DNA from: an uncultured Rivularia sp.
Lineage (GTDB): Bacteria > Cyanobacteriota > Cyanobacteriia > Cyanobacteriales > Nostocaceae
DNA length: 64,000 nt
Assembly (NCBI GenBank): GCA_963665115.1
Contig: OY762007.1
Location: 7,904,001 to 7,968,000 of the forward strand
Reading direction: 5' to 3'
A program made the translations under genes and the position numbers. Below, one piece after another: positions 19,878-32,324 of this stretch; the stretch's first letter is position 1, and the number at the start of each line of letters is the position of its first letter. Below the pieces are notes generated by a model. The model saw only the letters and a list, made by a program, of their open reading frames with translations. It made no database searches and was not told the DNA's origin.

Positions 19878-22256
19878 ATGACTGTTTCTAGCCCTCCTCA
19901 AACAAAGCCATTACAGGATGAAGAATTACGAAAGATTAATGCTTATTGGAGTGCGGCAAATTATCTTTCGGTTGGACAAATCTATTTATTAGATAATCCT
20001 TTACTCAAAGAACCGCTGAAGTTAGAACACGTTAAACCCAGACTTTTAGGACATTGGGGAACTACCCCTGGTTTGAACTTTGTTTACGTTCATCTCAATC
20101 GAGTAATTAAGAGAGATGATTTAAGTATTATTTATATTGCTGGTCCCGGACATGGTGGTCCAGGTTTGGTCGCTAATACCTATCTTGAAGGAACTTACAG
20201 CAAATATTATCCGAATATTTCTCAAGATTATCAAGGGATGCAAAAGCTGTTCAAACAGTTTTCTTTCCCCGGTGGAATTCCCAGCCACGTAGCACCGGAA
20301 ACTCCAGGAAGCATTCATGAAGGTGGAGAACTCGGTTATTGTGTGTCCCACGCTTTCGGTGCGGCTTTTGATAATCCCGATTTGATTGTTGCTTGTGTTG
20401 TTGGTGATGGTGAAGCAGAAACGGGTTCATTAGCAGCAAGTTGGCATTCTAATAAGTTTTTGAATCCAGTACGTGATGGTGCGGTATTGCCGATTTTGCA
20501 CCTCAACGGTTATAAAATTGCTAACCCAACTCTTCTAGCAAGAATGAGCCATGAGGAATTACAAAAGCTATTTGAAGGTTACGGTTACAAACCTTATTTT
20601 GTTGAAGGTTCCGATCCAGAAGCCATGCATCAATTGATGGCGGCAACTATGGATACCGCACTGCATGAAATCCGCGAAATTCAGGAAGATGCGCGTCAAA
20701 ATGGCTTCAAAGTGCGTCCGCAATGGCCGATGATTATTCTTAGAAGTCCTAAAGGTTGGACGGGACCAAAAGAAGTTGATGGGAAAAAGACCGAAGATTA
20801 TTGGCGATCGCACCAAGTACCGCTATCAAATATGGCTTCGGAACCAGCCCATGTAAAAATGCTCTCAGACTGGATGAAGAGTTACAAGCCAGAAGAATTA
20901 TTTGATCAAAACGGTAAATTAATTGCCGAATTAGCCGAACTCGCACCAACAGGAAAACTACGTATGGGTGACAATCCCCATGCTAACGGCGGTGTTTTAC
21001 TCAGAGACTTGAAAATGCCCGATTTTCGCGATTATGCCATAGAAGTCGAAGCGGGGAAAACTATCGACGAAGCAACTCGCGTTATGGGTAAACTGCTACG
21101 GGATGTAATGAAGCTCAATCAAGATACTCAAAACTTCCGTTTATTTGGGCCAGATGAAACCGCATCCAACCGACTTGCTGACGTATTAGATGTCACTTCG
21201 AGGACTTGGGTTGCCGAAACCTTAGAATACGACGACAATTTAGCCGCAGACGGTCGCGTCATGGAAATACTCAGCGAAAATACTTGCCAGGGATGGTTAG
21301 AAGGATACTTACTAACAGGTCGTCACGGAATATTTTCCTGTTATGAAGCATTTATCCATATCATCGATTCAATGTTCAACCAGCACGCTAAATGGTTGAA
21401 AACTACTCGCCATATTCCTTGGCGCAGACCAGTTGCTTCCCTAACATATTTATTAACATCTCACGTATGGCGACAAGATCATAACGGCTTCAGCCATCAA
21501 GATCCCGGCTTTATCGATCATGTTGTAAATAAAAAAGCCGAGGTTGTCAGAGTATATTTACCACCTGATGCCAATTGTCTGCTATCTGTGACAGACCATT
21601 GTTTAAGAAGTCGTCATTACGTTAACGTAATAGTCGCGGGTAAACAACCAGCATTGCAGTATTTAAACATGGACGAAGCCATCAAACACTGCACCACTGG
21701 GATCGGTATTTGGGGTTGGGCTTCAAACGATCAAGGAAGCGAACCAGATGTAGTCATGGCTTGCTGTGGCGATGTCCCAACCTTAGAAACCTTAGCAGCA
21801 GTAGATATATTGCGCGATAACTTTCCAGATTTAAAAATCAGGGTAGTAAACGTAGTAGACTTAATGACGCTACAGCCAGAAACAGAACATCCCCACGGCT
21901 TAAGCGACAAAGACTTCGACAGCATTTTCACTACCGATAAACCAGTGATTTTTGCCTTCCACGGTTATCCTTGGTTAATTCACCGTTTAGCATATCGTCG
22001 CACAAATCACAATAACCTTCACGTCAGGGGTTACAAAGAAGAAGGAACCACAACCACACCTTTTGATATGGTGGTATTGAACGAATTAGATCGTTTTAAC
22101 TTAGCAGATGATGCCATTGACAGAGTTCCCCATCTAAGATACAAAGCGGCTCACGTCAAACAAATGCTGCACAACAAATTAATCGAACACAAACAATACG
22201 TCCGCCAACACGGCGAAGATATGCCCGAAATTCGCGATTGGAAGTGGGAGCGGTAG
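19878..22256 (+). CDS. xfp: Phosphoketolase (XFP family)
   Basis: [23 protein letters not shown] motif [20 protein letters not shown]. Confidence 0.96.
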   Translation: MTVSSPPQTKPLQDEELRKINAYWSAANYLSVGQIYLLDNPLLKEPLKLEHVKPRLLGHWGTTPGLNFVYVHLNRVIKRDDLSIIYIAGPGHGGPGLVANTYLEGTYSKYYPNISQDYQGMQKLFKQFSFPGGIPSHVAPETPGSIHEGGELGYCVSHAFGAAFDNPDLIVACVVGDGEAETGSLAASWHSNKFLNPVRDGAVLPILHLNGYKIANPTLLARMSHEELQKLFEGYGYKPYFVEGSDPEAMHQLMAATMDTALHEIREIQEDARQNGFKVRPQWPMIILRSPKGWTGPKEVDGKKTEDYWRSHQVPLSNMASEPAHVKMLSDWMKSYKPEELFDQNGKLIAELAELAPTGKLRMGDNPHANGGVLLRDLKMPDFRDYAIEVEAGKTIDEATRVMGKLLRDVMKLNQDTQNFRLFGPDETASNRLADVLDVTSRTWVAETLEYDDNLAADGRVMEILSENTCQGWLEGYLLTGRHGIFSCYEAFIHIIDSMFNQHAKWLKTTRHIPWRRPVASLTYLLTSHVWRQDHNGFSHQDPGFIDHVVNKKAEVVRVYLPPDANCLLSVTDHCLRSRHYVNVIVAGKQPALQYLNMDEAIKHCTTGIGIWGWASNDQGSEPDVVMACCGDVPTLETLAAVDILRDNFPDLKIRVVNVVDLMTLQPETEHPHGLSDKDFDSIFTTDKPVIFAFHGYPWLIHRLAYRRTNHNNLHVRGYKEEGTTTTPFDMVVLNELDRFNLADDAIDRVPHLRYKAAHVKQMLHNKLIEHKQYVRQHGEDMPEIRDWKWER

Positions 22257-22550
22257 GGGATGGGGTGATGGGGAATAGTTAGGAGTAGTGAGTAGTGAGT
22301 TGGGAGTAGTGAGTAGTGAGTAGTGAGTAGCAAGTAGTGAGTTGGGAGTAGTGAGTAGTGAGTAGCAAGTATTAAAGATGTGGTGGGAGCGTCTCGCTCC
22401 CTGGAAAAATCTCGCTCTCCCCATTCCCCTCTCTCTCTAATGCCCAATGCCCAATTCCCAATTCCCAATCCCCAATTCCCAATTCCCAATGCCCAATTCC
22501 CAATTCCCAATCCCCAATTCCCAATTCCCAATTACCAATTACCAATTACC
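22257..22550. repeat. STRR block (G-rich arm, REP palindrome, C-rich arm)
   Basis: gagtagt arrays, gggagcgtctcgctccc, then cccaatt/ccaatta arrays. Confidence 0.9.
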
Positions 22551-22638
22551 GATAAATAAGCAAGTGTAAATGGAAGAATGTTATAAAGCTATAGGTTAGA
22601 AATAATTGTAAATTGAATATCTTACCAACATCACCATA

Positions 22639-25212
22639 ATGACTAGTAGTTCATCCGAGCAAAAATATAATCGGTTAGCGTCGCAAGAAGTTTCGGTTCC
22701 TACCACGGCTAAAGTTAGAGTAGAAGACGATCGCACTGGTATGAGTGAGGAAACCCTCAAGCGTGCTATTGCTGATAGTCTGTATTACGTTCAAGGTAAA
22801 GGCGAGTATTTTGCTACCCTGCACGATTACTATATGGCTGTTGCTCATAGCGTTCGCGATCGCATTCTGCAAAGACGGATTCAAACGGCTAAAACTCACT
22901 CGGAGAAGGGTGTAAAAACGGTTTACTACCTGTCGGCTGAGTTCTTGATGGGGCGCTATACGGGTAATTGTTTAATTAACCTCGGACTTTACGAGAAAAT
23001 CAAAACTGTTCTAAAAGAATCCGGGTTAGAGTTAGACGATCTATTAGAGCAAGAGCGCGAGCCTGGATTGGGTAACGGTGGCTTGGGAAGACTTGCAGCT
23101 TGCTATCTCGATTCTTTGGCAACTCTGGAAATTCCTGCTGTTGGTTACGGAATTCGTTATGAATTCGGGATTTTTGAGCAAGTTATCCGTAACGGTTGGC
23201 AAATTGAAAACCCCGATAAATGGTTGCTTTTTGGCAACGCTTGGGAACTTCCGCTTCCTGAATACCGCGTAGAAGTTAAATTTGGCGGTCATACCGAAGT
23301 ATATAACGATAGAAGCGGACGCTTCCAAGTACGCTGGGTACCGCAGCAAAAAGTATCTGGGGTTCCTTACGATACTCCCGTACCTGGCTATGGTGTTGAT
23401 ACGGTAAATATTCTCCGGTTGTGGAAAGCTGAAGCTACCGACGAATTTGACTTACAAGCGTTTAATGCTGGTGATTATATCGGCGCGGTAGGTAGTCAGA
23501 TGTTCTCGGAGAATATCTCGAAAGTTCTTTACCCTAACGACGATACAATGCAGGGTAAAGAATTGCGCTTGCAACAACAATATTTCTTTGTTTCTTGTTC
23601 CTTGCAAGATATTCTTCGTCGTCACCACCGAATTTTTAACACTTTAGATAACCTATCTGAAAAAGCTGCAATTCAGTTAAACGATACTCATCCTTCAGTT
23701 GGTATCGCCGAATTGATGCGGTTGCTGATTGATGAGCATCAAATGCCTTGGGATAAAGCTTGGAGTATTACTGAACATGCCTTTGCTTATACCAACCATA
23801 CCTTGTTGCCGGAAGCTCTCGAACGCTGGCCTGTAGAATTGTTTGGTAGATTATTACCCAGACACTTAGAAATTATTTACGAAATCAACTTCCGCTTTTT
23901 GAGTGAAGTTAGAAGACGTTTCCCTGGAGATTTGGAACGGATTTCGCGGCTATCTTTGATTGAAGAAGGCGACGAAAAGAAAGTCCGCATGGCACATTTA
24001 GCTTGTGTCGGTAGCCATAAAATCAACGGTGTAGCGGCGCTGCATACCGAGCTACTCAAAAAAGATGTTCTCCACGACTTCTACGAATTATTCCCCGAAA
24101 AATTTATCAACAAAACAAACGGTGTTACCCCGCGTCGCTGGTTGTTAATGGGTAATCCCCGACTTTCTCGCTTAATTACCGACAAAATCGGCACCGATTG
24201 GATTAAGAATCTCGATGAACTCAAAAAGTTAGAAAAATTCGTAGATGATAAAGAGTTCAGACAAACCTGGCGCGAAATCAAACAAGCCAACAAAGAAGAC
24301 TTAGCAAAACTAATTCAAAAATCCAACGGAATTACAGTCGATCCCAATTCCTTGTTTGACGTACAGGTGAAACGACTGCACGAATACAAACGTCAGTTAC
24401 TCAACGCCTTCCACATTATTACCCTCTACAATCGCATCAAGAAAAACCCGAAAGCCGATATCCAGCCCCGCACATTTATTTTTGCAGGTAAAGCAGCCCC
24501 CGGTTACTTCATTGCTAAACTAATCATTAAATTAATTAACGCCGTTGGTAGCGTAGTTAATAGCGATGCTGATGTTGCAGGGCGTTTGAAAGTCGCATTT
24601 ATTCCCAACTACAACGTATCCTCAAGTCAATTTATCTACGCAGGTGCCGAACTTTCCGAGCAAATTTCCACAGCCGGGAAAGAAGCTTCCGGAACTGGTA
24701 ACATGAAATTTGCCCTTAACGGTGCTTTGACAATCGGAACCCTTGATGGTGCTAACGTCGAAATTCGCGAAGAAGTCGGCGAAGAAAACTTCTTCTTATG
24801 CGGTTTAACCACCCCAGAAGTTTACGACTTGAAAGCCAAAGGATATAACCCCAGAAAATATTACGAATCCAATGCCCAGTTAAAAGAGGTTATTGATTTG
24901 ATAATGTGCGGGCACTTTTCCGATGGCGATCGCAGTATGTTCCAACCGCTGTTAGACTCGCTGTTTAACCACGATAGGTTCATGCTATTTGCCGATTACC
25001 AATCCTACGTAGACACCCAAGACAAAGTTTCCATTGCCTATCGGGATACAGAAAAGTGGACTCGGATGTCCATTCTCAACTCCGCACGCATGGGTAAATT
25101 TTCCTCAGACAGATCAATTTGGGAATATTGTCAAGAAATCTGGAACGTAGAACCCTGTGAAATTAAACTCGACGAATATTCAGCCGATAAAGCCGGATTG
25201 AAAATGTCGTAA
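22639..25212 (+). CDS. glgP: Glycogen/starch phosphorylase
   Basis: GLGNGGLGRLA, QLNDTHP, YTNHT, KRLHEYKRQ, PLP motif EASGTGNMK. Confidence 0.96.
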   Translation: MTSSSSEQKYNRLASQEVSVPTTAKVRVEDDRTGMSEETLKRAIADSLYYVQGKGEYFATLHDYYMAVAHSVRDRILQRRIQTAKTHSEKGVKTVYYLSAEFLMGRYTGNCLINLGLYEKIKTVLKESGLELDDLLEQEREPGLGNGGLGRLAACYLDSLATLEIPAVGYGIRYEFGIFEQVIRNGWQIENPDKWLLFGNAWELPLPEYRVEVKFGGHTEVYNDRSGRFQVRWVPQQKVSGVPYDTPVPGYGVDTVNILRLWKAEATDEFDLQAFNAGDYIGAVGSQMFSENISKVLYPNDDTMQGKELRLQQQYFFVSCSLQDILRRHHRIFNTLDNLSEKAAIQLNDTHPSVGIAELMRLLIDEHQMPWDKAWSITEHAFAYTNHTLLPEALERWPVELFGRLLPRHLEIIYEINFRFLSEVRRRFPGDLERISRLSLIEEGDEKKVRMAHLACVGSHKINGVAALHTELLKKDVLHDFYELFPEKFINKTNGVTPRRWLLMGNPRLSRLITDKIGTDWIKNLDELKKLEKFVDDKEFRQTWREIKQANKEDLAKLIQKSNGITVDPNSLFDVQVKRLHEYKRQLLNAFHIITLYNRIKKNPKADIQPRTFIFAGKAAPGYFIAKLIIKLINAVGSVVNSDADVAGRLKVAFIPNYNVSSSQFIYAGAELSEQISTAGKEASGTGNMKFALNGALTIGTLDGANVEIREEVGEENFFLCGLTTPEVYDLKAKGYNPRKYYESNAQLKEVIDLIMCGHFSDGDRSMFQPLLDSLFNHDRFMLFADYQSYVDTQDKVSIAYRDTEKWTRMSILNSARMGKFSSDRSIWEYCQEIWNVEPCEIKLDEYSADKAGLKMS

Positions 25213-25367
25213 TTGTTTATAAGGGAATTGGGGATTGGGCATTGGTAATGGGTAATGGGTAATAGGTAATATATGATAATTAGAAATTAAGAATTTTCTA
25301 CCCTATCTACCCCCTCTACCCCCTCTACCCCCTCTCCCCACTCCCTACTCCCCACTCCCTAATTATC

Positions 25368-26367
25368 ATGAAAGTAGCAGTATTCAGCAGCAAAAAATAC
25401 GACCGCCACTTTCTTTCTGAAGCAAATGCTAATGGCGGTCACGAGCTTGTATTTTTTGAGCCAAAATTAACCAGTGAAACTACGGCATTAGCTTCAGGTT
25501 TTCCAGTAGTTTGCGCTTTTATTAACGACCAGTTAAATGCCGAAACTATAAAGGCGATCGCCAAACAAGGAACTAAGTTAATTGCCTTGCGCTCTGCGGG
25601 TTTCAATAATGTAGATATTCAAGCAGCCACCGAGTTAGGAATTACCGTAGTACGAGTTCCGGCTTATTCTCCTTATGCAGTAGCCGAACACGCAGCGGGA
25701 TTAATTTTAACTTTAAACCGTCAGTACCATCGCGCTTATAATCGAGTCCGCGAATCGAATTTTTCTTTGAATGGTTTATTAGGATTTGACTTACACGGTT
25801 CCACCGTCGGTATAGTGGGTACGGGTAAAATCGGGATGTGTTTTGCTCAAATTATGAAAGGATTTGGCTGCAATTTACTTGCATACGATATTTATCAAAA
25901 CCCCGCTTGTTTGGAAATGGGCGTGAAATATGTAGAATTATCAGAATTGCTTGCCGCATCGGACATCGTTTCCTTGCACTGTCCCTTTGACTCCCGAATC
26001 CCATCATTTAATTAACGCTACAACTTTAGATAAATTTAAATCGGGAGCAATGTTGATCAACACCAGTCGCGGCGCACTTGTCGATACTTCTTCAGTAATA
26101 GATGCTTTAAAATCCAAGAAATTAGGTTATGTAGGATTAGACGTATACGAGCAAGAAGAGGATTTATTTTTTCAAGACTTATCAGACGAAGTAATCCAAG
26201 ACGATATATTTGAACGTTTGCTGACATTCCCCAATGTAGTCATTACTGCCCATCAAGCCTTTTTTACTAAAAACGCCTTACAAAATATCGCTCAAACAAC
26301 CTTGTCAAACATCACCGAATTCGAGAAAACAGGTGAATGTGAGAATACAGTTAACAGTGAGCAGTGA
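25368..26367 (+). CDS. ldhA: D-lactate dehydrogenase (2-hydroxyacid dehydrogenase); +1 frameshift near 25987
   Basis: [53 protein letters not shown]. The ORFs join by removing one base in ccctttgac. Confidence 0.9.
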
Positions 26368-26408
26368 GCAATTATCAATTATCAATTATCAATTATCAAT
26401 TATTAAAT

Positions 26409-26424
26409 TGTAGGGAATGTTACA
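26409..26424 (+). promoter_or_regulatory. Candidate NtcA site upstream of gap1
   Basis: TGTA-GGGAATGT-TACA is an exact TGTA-N8-TACA match. TAN3T-like hexamers lie 17 and 20 nt downstream. Confidence 0.5.
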
Positions 26425-26494
26425 TATTAAGAAATATTAGTAGTATTGTGATTTGTAGCCTTACACACCAACTGCAAAATTATCTTTTATATAA

Positions 26495-26552
26495 GGTTCG
26501 TAGTAGCGCTTTAGCGCATCTTATCGAATACGCTAAAGCGCTACTACGAACC
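26495..26552. repeat. REPIN-like doublet (perfect 22-bp inverted arms)
   Basis: ggttcGTAGtagcgctttagcg ... cgctaaagcgctaCTACgaacc. A related element lies at 56115-56177. Confidence 0.85.
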
Positions 26553-26714
26553 ATTTTTCTTTTTTTTTTCTAGATTATTAGTTATAAATTACCAGCATTT
26601 TTTACTAATTGTTTGCTATTTACTGTTTATTCATAACTGTTTGCTGTTTACTAATTACTAACTGTTAAACCTTAAGACGGCAATCGTCAATGTCTTAACA
26701 TCGTTAACCGTTAA

Positions 26715-27809
<1,095 letters not shown>

Positions 27810-27954
27810 AAAGGTTAAAGGTCAAAGGTCAAAGGTCAAAGGTCAAAGGTTAAGAGTGAGGAGTTAGGAGTGAAGAGTTAAGAGTTAGAAATTAAGAATT
27901 TTCTACCCCCTCTCCCCCCTCTCCCCCCTCTTCCCCCTCCCTCCTCTAAATCTC

Positions 27955-29385
27955 ATGCGTAAAACCAAAATCATCTGTACGGTTGGGCCAGCTACATCGA
28001 CACCGGAGACTCTAAAAGCTTTGGTTGATGCGGGAATGAATGTAGCGAGGTTGAATTTTTCCCACGGGGATTATCAATTCCACGGTAAAACTATTGAAAT
28101 TCTTAGAAGTATACCGACTCCTCCAGGAAAACCTTTGGCTTTAATGCAGGATTTATGCGGACCAAAAATCCGTTTGGGTATGCTTCCAGATGAAGGTTTG
28201 ATGGTGGATGAGGGGGAAGAAGTTACTTTTGTCGAGCAAGAAAAAGGTAATAATATTGATGAATTGCCTTTACCAATACCAACTTTGTTCGCAATGGTAA
28301 GAGTTGGCGAATCGATCATGATAAATGATGGTCGGATTAAGTTGACTGTTATCGATAGAGATGCCGATAAAATTCGCGCTCTTGTCAAAATTGGGGGAAA
28401 AATTTCTTCTCGTAAAGGGGTAAATCTACCTCAAACTCATCTCCCGGTTAGTTCGATTACTGAAAAAGATTTATTAGATTTACGCTTCGGTATTCAAAAT
28501 AATTTAGATTTAGTCGCAGTTTCCTTTGTGCGATCGCCTGCGGATTTGGAACCAGCGCGACGCATGATTGAGGCAGCAGGTAAAAAGATTCGCATTATAG
28601 CCAAAATAGAAAGACGCGAAGCTGTTGAAAATTTTGATGAGATTTTAAAAGTTGTTGATGGAATAATGGTAGCCCGTGGCGATTTGGGGGTAGAAGTTCC
28701 CTTAGAACAAGTTCCATTAATTCAAAAAGATATTATTCGTCGCTGCAACCAAGCTGGAAAACCTGTTATTACCGCTACCCAGATGTTGGAATCGATGATA
28801 AGTGCTTCCGATCCCACTAGAGCAGAAGTAACCGATGTGGCAAACTCTGTAGTTGATGGTACTGATGCAATTATGTTGTCTGGAGAAACAGCAGTTGGTA
28901 AATATCCCATTGCCGCAGTCCAGATGATGGATAAAATCGCCGTAGAAACAGAAAAGTCATTACCCGACGGCACCCAGAAAACTTTCGGTTATCAAGCCGG
29001 TAGTCTCAGCGTTACCGAATCTGTAGCAGAAGCAGTATGTCGCATGGCTTACGAAGTCGGAGCAAAGGCAATATTATGTCATACTTCATCTGGAGGTACG
29101 GCAAAATTAGTTTCTAAATATCGTCCTACAACTAAGATTATTGCTCTTACATCCGAAGAAATTTCATATCGTCAACTCGCGCTTTCCTGGGGAGTTGAAC
29201 CCTTACTTATCTCTGGAGCTTCTAAAACAGAAGAAATGTTGATCGAACTTATTAACACCGTTGTCGAAATGGGTATTGCCGAAGAAGGAGACAAAGTGGT
29301 AATCACATCTGGTATCCCCGTAGGAAAACCAGGAAGCACGAGTTTAATTAAAGTGCATACAATTGGAGAGGCAATTTCGGCTTGA
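27955..29385 (+). CDS. pyk: Pyruvate kinase
   Basis: RKTKIICTVGP, RLNFSHG, IAKIE, MVARGDLG, ATQMLES, MLSGETA. Confidence 0.96.
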   Translation: MRKTKIICTVGPATSTPETLKALVDAGMNVARLNFSHGDYQFHGKTIEILRSIPTPPGKPLALMQDLCGPKIRLGMLPDEGLMVDEGEEVTFVEQEKGNNIDELPLPIPTLFAMVRVGESIMINDGRIKLTVIDRDADKIRALVKIGGKISSRKGVNLPQTHLPVSSITEKDLLDLRFGIQNNLDLVAVSFVRSPADLEPARRMIEAAGKKIRIIAKIERREAVENFDEILKVVDGIMVARGDLGVEVPLEQVPLIQKDIIRRCNQAGKPVITATQMLESMISASDPTRAEVTDVANSVVDGTDAIMLSGETAVGKYPIAAVQMMDKIAVETEKSLPDGTQKTFGYQAGSLSVTESVAEAVCRMAYEVGAKAILCHTSSGGTAKLVSKYRPTTKIIALTSEEISYRQLALSWGVEPLLISGASKTEEMLIELINTVVEMGIAEEGDKVVITSGIPVGKPGSTSLIKVHTIGEAISA

Positions 29386-29391
29386 GGTGAA

Positions 29392-30005
29392 CAGCAGTTA
29401 TCTGTTTAACTGAAAGCGAAGAAATTTGTAACGGTAAAAGTCCGGTAATAAAACATAACTCGGATGAGCCGCAGTGGCATGGATGGGATAAGTACGAAGG
29501 AGATGCTTCCCAAGAGTTGCCCATATTTACAAGTATGGCTCTGGATGAAAGGTATTACGGAGACTTACAAGCATTAAATAAAGCCGAAACAGCCGAAAAA
29601 TTGGGTAAAGAACTAGTGCATCAAATGGCGGCGTTCGTTTTCAGTACGTCCCCCAGGAGGTGAGAGTTTGGAAGATAAGCTGATGTGCAGCTAAGTTGTA
29701 TTAAAAAAAAATTTGGAATTATTGTAGTGCGGGCATCTTGCCCGCTAGTACTATACAAATTAAGTGCGTTACAGCTTACCACGAATCGAACTTTACCGTT
29801 TTTCAAAGAACGTATTTCAACTCATCTCAAACAGGGTGATAACACCCTAGTAGCTGCTCGCGGAAATTCTTTGCGTTCAATTATCATGGAATTAGATAAG
29901 CTAGAATCAGAAAAAGTTCCTAATTTAGAGTTAGCAACCGGACAACCGATAATATACGACGTTGACGAACAAGGGAACGTCTCGAATAAGTTGATACTGA
30001 AGTAG
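29392..30005 (+). pseudogene. gpmA: 2,3-BPG-dependent phosphoglycerate mutase pseudogene
   Basis: TAVICLTE...[14 protein letters not shown]...[15 protein letters not shown]...VAARGNSLR...LELATGQP. The N-terminal RHG motif is absent, HGNS has become RGNS, there is a frameshift near 29625, and a MITE is inserted. Confidence 0.88.
29678..29776. mobile_element. MITE copy 2 (99 bp) inserted in gpmA with TA target duplication
   Basis: gaaga-TA-[AGCTGATG...TTACAGCT]-TA-ccacg. Removing the element plus one TA restores GAA GAT ACC ACG (E-D-T-T). Confidence 0.9.
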
Positions 30006-30078
30006 TTATTAGTTAGTGGTTAGTTGATAGTAGGACGGGAGTTACAGCAATTCTAAATGATTCTTTAAATTACAATTA

Positions 30079-30183
30079 GTAGCGCGAGCATCTTGCTCGT
30101 TGGTAATTGCTAGCGAGCGAGATGCATATCCTGACGGACACACTGCGTTAGCGGAGCGAGACGATAGTCTTAGGCAGCACTAC
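30079..30183. repeat. REPIN doublet whose right arm carries a 51-nt insert (30126-30176)
   Basis: GTAGcgcgagcatcttgctcg ... cgagcgagatgc[insert]gcaCTAC. The insert matches 32402-32452 in reverse orientation. Confidence 0.8.
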
Positions 30184-30486
30184 AGATGTTTTAATCTTTT
30201 TCTCTTTTTCTCCCCATCCTCTTGTATCCCCCATCCCCAATCCCCTAAAACAGTATAAATTCTTAATAACAATTTAATCAAAGTGCATATAATCCGACAG
30301 CCAATATTGTGAATTCGTAAATAGAATAGGATTTGCTGCATAAAAAGGAATCTTTAATCGGTAATCGGGAACAGTGGATCTGAAAAATGTATTAATTACC
30401 GATTACTAAATGCAGGCAAGCAGTAGCAGTATTAAAGAAAAAAGCGTCAATCCTCGACACATCGATTTAATTTAACGGAGTAGATT

Positions 30487-31485
30487 ATGTCCAAAAATTT
30501 ATTAGAACAATTACGCTCAATGACTGTTGTGGTTGCCGATACTGGTGATATCCAACAAATTGAAAAGTTCAAGCCCCAAGACGCTACTACTAATCCTTCT
30601 TTGATTACTACAGTGGCTCAAATGACTGAATATCAAGGAGTCGTTGACGATACTTTAATCCAAGCGCAGAAAGATGCTGGTGCGAATGCAAGCTCAACTG
30701 ATATCACGAGACTGGCTTTTGAACGTTTGGCTGTGGCTTTTGGTTTAAAGATTCTTAAAATCATCCCCGGTAGAGTTTCGACTGAAGTTGATGCACGTCT
30801 TTCTTACGATACAGAAGCTACTGTTAAGGTTGCGCGAGAAATTATTAAGCAATACGAAGAGAAAGGAGTTTCCCGCGAACGTGTTTTAATTAAAATTGCT
30901 TCCACCTGGGAAGGTATTAAAGCTGCGGAAACTCTTGAGAAAGAAGGCATTCACTGTAATTTAACGTTATTATTCGGCATCCATCAGGCTATTGCTTGTG
31001 CGGAAGCTGGTGTAACCTTAATTTCTCCTTTCGTGGGACGTATTCTTGACTGGTACAAGAAAGATACCGGAAAAGATAGCTATCCTGCTAATGAAGATCC
31101 AGGTGTTTTATCCGTTACCGAAATTTACAACTACTACAAAAAGTTTGGCTACAAAACCGAAGTTATGGGAGCTAGCTTCCGCAATTTAGGCGAAATAACC
31201 GAACTTGCTGGTTGCGATTTATTAACTATTGCTCCTAAATTCTTGGCTGAATTGCAAAACAGCACCGACGAATTACCTCGCAAACTCGATCCAGAAAAAG
31301 CTGCCAAAATGGACATCGAAAAAATCTCGATGGATAAAGCTACCTTCGAGAAAATGCACGCAGAAGATAAAATGGCTTCTGACAAGTTAGACGAAGGAAT
31401 CAAAGGTTTCTCCAAAGCATTGGAAAATCTAGAGCAATTATTAACTGAAAGATTAGCTAACCTTGATGGAGCCAAGGCTGCTTAA
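30487..31485 (+). CDS. tal: Transaldolase
   Basis: [50 protein letters not shown]. Confidence 0.96.
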   Translation: MSKNLLEQLRSMTVVVADTGDIQQIEKFKPQDATTNPSLITTVAQMTEYQGVVDDTLIQAQKDAGANASSTDITRLAFERLAVAFGLKILKIIPGRVSTEVDARLSYDTEATVKVAREIIKQYEEKGVSRERVLIKIASTWEGIKAAETLEKEGIHCNLTLLFGIHQAIACAEAGVTLISPFVGRILDWYKKDTGKDSYPANEDPGVLSVTEIYNYYKKFGYKTEVMGASFRNLGEITELAGCDLLTIAPKFLAELQNSTDELPRKLDPEKAAKMDIEKISMDKATFEKMHAEDKMASDKLDEGIKGFSKALENLEQLLTERLANLDGAKAA

Positions 31486-31545
31486 GACTAATATCTTTTA
31501 GTTAAATTTAATGTAGAGACGTTGCAATGCAACGTCTCTATTTTT

Positions 31546-31651
31546 ATAGTCATTCCAATTAATTTCCGTAGTGCGAGCATCTTGCTCGCTAGTACCGAGC
31601 GAGCAAGATGCTCGCACTACAAATCAATCGGTTTCTATTTAGAATCGCTAT
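31546..31651. mobile_element. MITE-like element containing a perfect REPIN doublet (31568-31620)
   Basis: Ends tatagtcattccaatt... and ...atttagaatcgctata form imperfect TIRs. Internal 23-bp perfect inverted arms GTAGtgcgagcatcttgctcgct. Confidence 0.6.
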
Positions 31652-31763
31652 ATATAGCGCAAAAAATGCTGTATCTTTTGTTCTCTTTTCTAATTTTCTT
31701 TTGACACACTAAGTACGTATAAGCCATAATTGATATTAAATGTATTAAATATATCAAATTATT

Positions 31764-32039
31764 ATGAGTATTTGGGAAGCTATTGGTAACACTACTAATG
31801 CTAATAGAGGTTTTGTTAAAGAACTCTATGAAGAATTAGAATACTCTATCGATCAAAAATTTAAATCTTATGATAGAGAACAATCGTATTTAAAAAATGA
31901 AATCGATAAACTCAAAGCTGAAAATGGCAAGCTTAAATTAGTTATGACAGAAATTTTGAGAAAATCTGTAGAAAAAGGTGTTTTCGATAGAGAAGAAATA
32001 GAATCCTTATTTAAGGATATTGGTGCTGAAAATGGTTAA
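31764..32039 (+). CDS. Small hypothetical coiled-coil protein
   Basis: 91-aa AT-rich ORF with heptad pattern LKNEIDKLKAENGKLKL. Confidence 0.55.
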   Translation: MSIWEAIGNTTNANRGFVKELYEELEYSIDQKFKSYDREQSYLKNEIDKLKAENGKLKLVMTEILRKSVEKGVFDREEIESLFKDIGAENG

Positions 32040-32324
32040 ATAATGGAGAAGTATTGCTAAAAGAAACAAAGGAGCGATTTAATTAAGGAGAAATCAAGAT
32101 TAATTTTTCTGGCAATATTAGAGTAAGACAATCTCAACGATCTGAATGACAAACTATAGCGGTTTTCAATTAAATAGAATAGACATCTCCGGTTCGGAAA
32201 AAGACCTCTCTTTGCAGAAGAGAGGCTTAATTTTCCCCTTTCGCTAGTAGGGTAGGGGGTTAAGTTTTTTGACCTCACTATTCATACCTTCCGATTTCAA
32301 GAAATTATCGGCATTTTCTAAATA

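Noticed and set aside
20121..24293. Short antisense or alternate-frame ORFs inside xfp, glgP and other long genes
   Set aside because: They are shadow ORFs of well-supported genes and have no motifs.
25975..25995. Programmed frameshifting or phase variation in ldhA and the five other split genes
   Set aside because: Runs are only 3-4 nt, the genes are unrelated, and all shifts are +1. Assembly error is simpler.
32057..32278. 73-aa minus-strand ORF
   Set aside because: It overlaps hairpin repeats and a MITE-like end (tatagcggttttcaat) and has no protein features.
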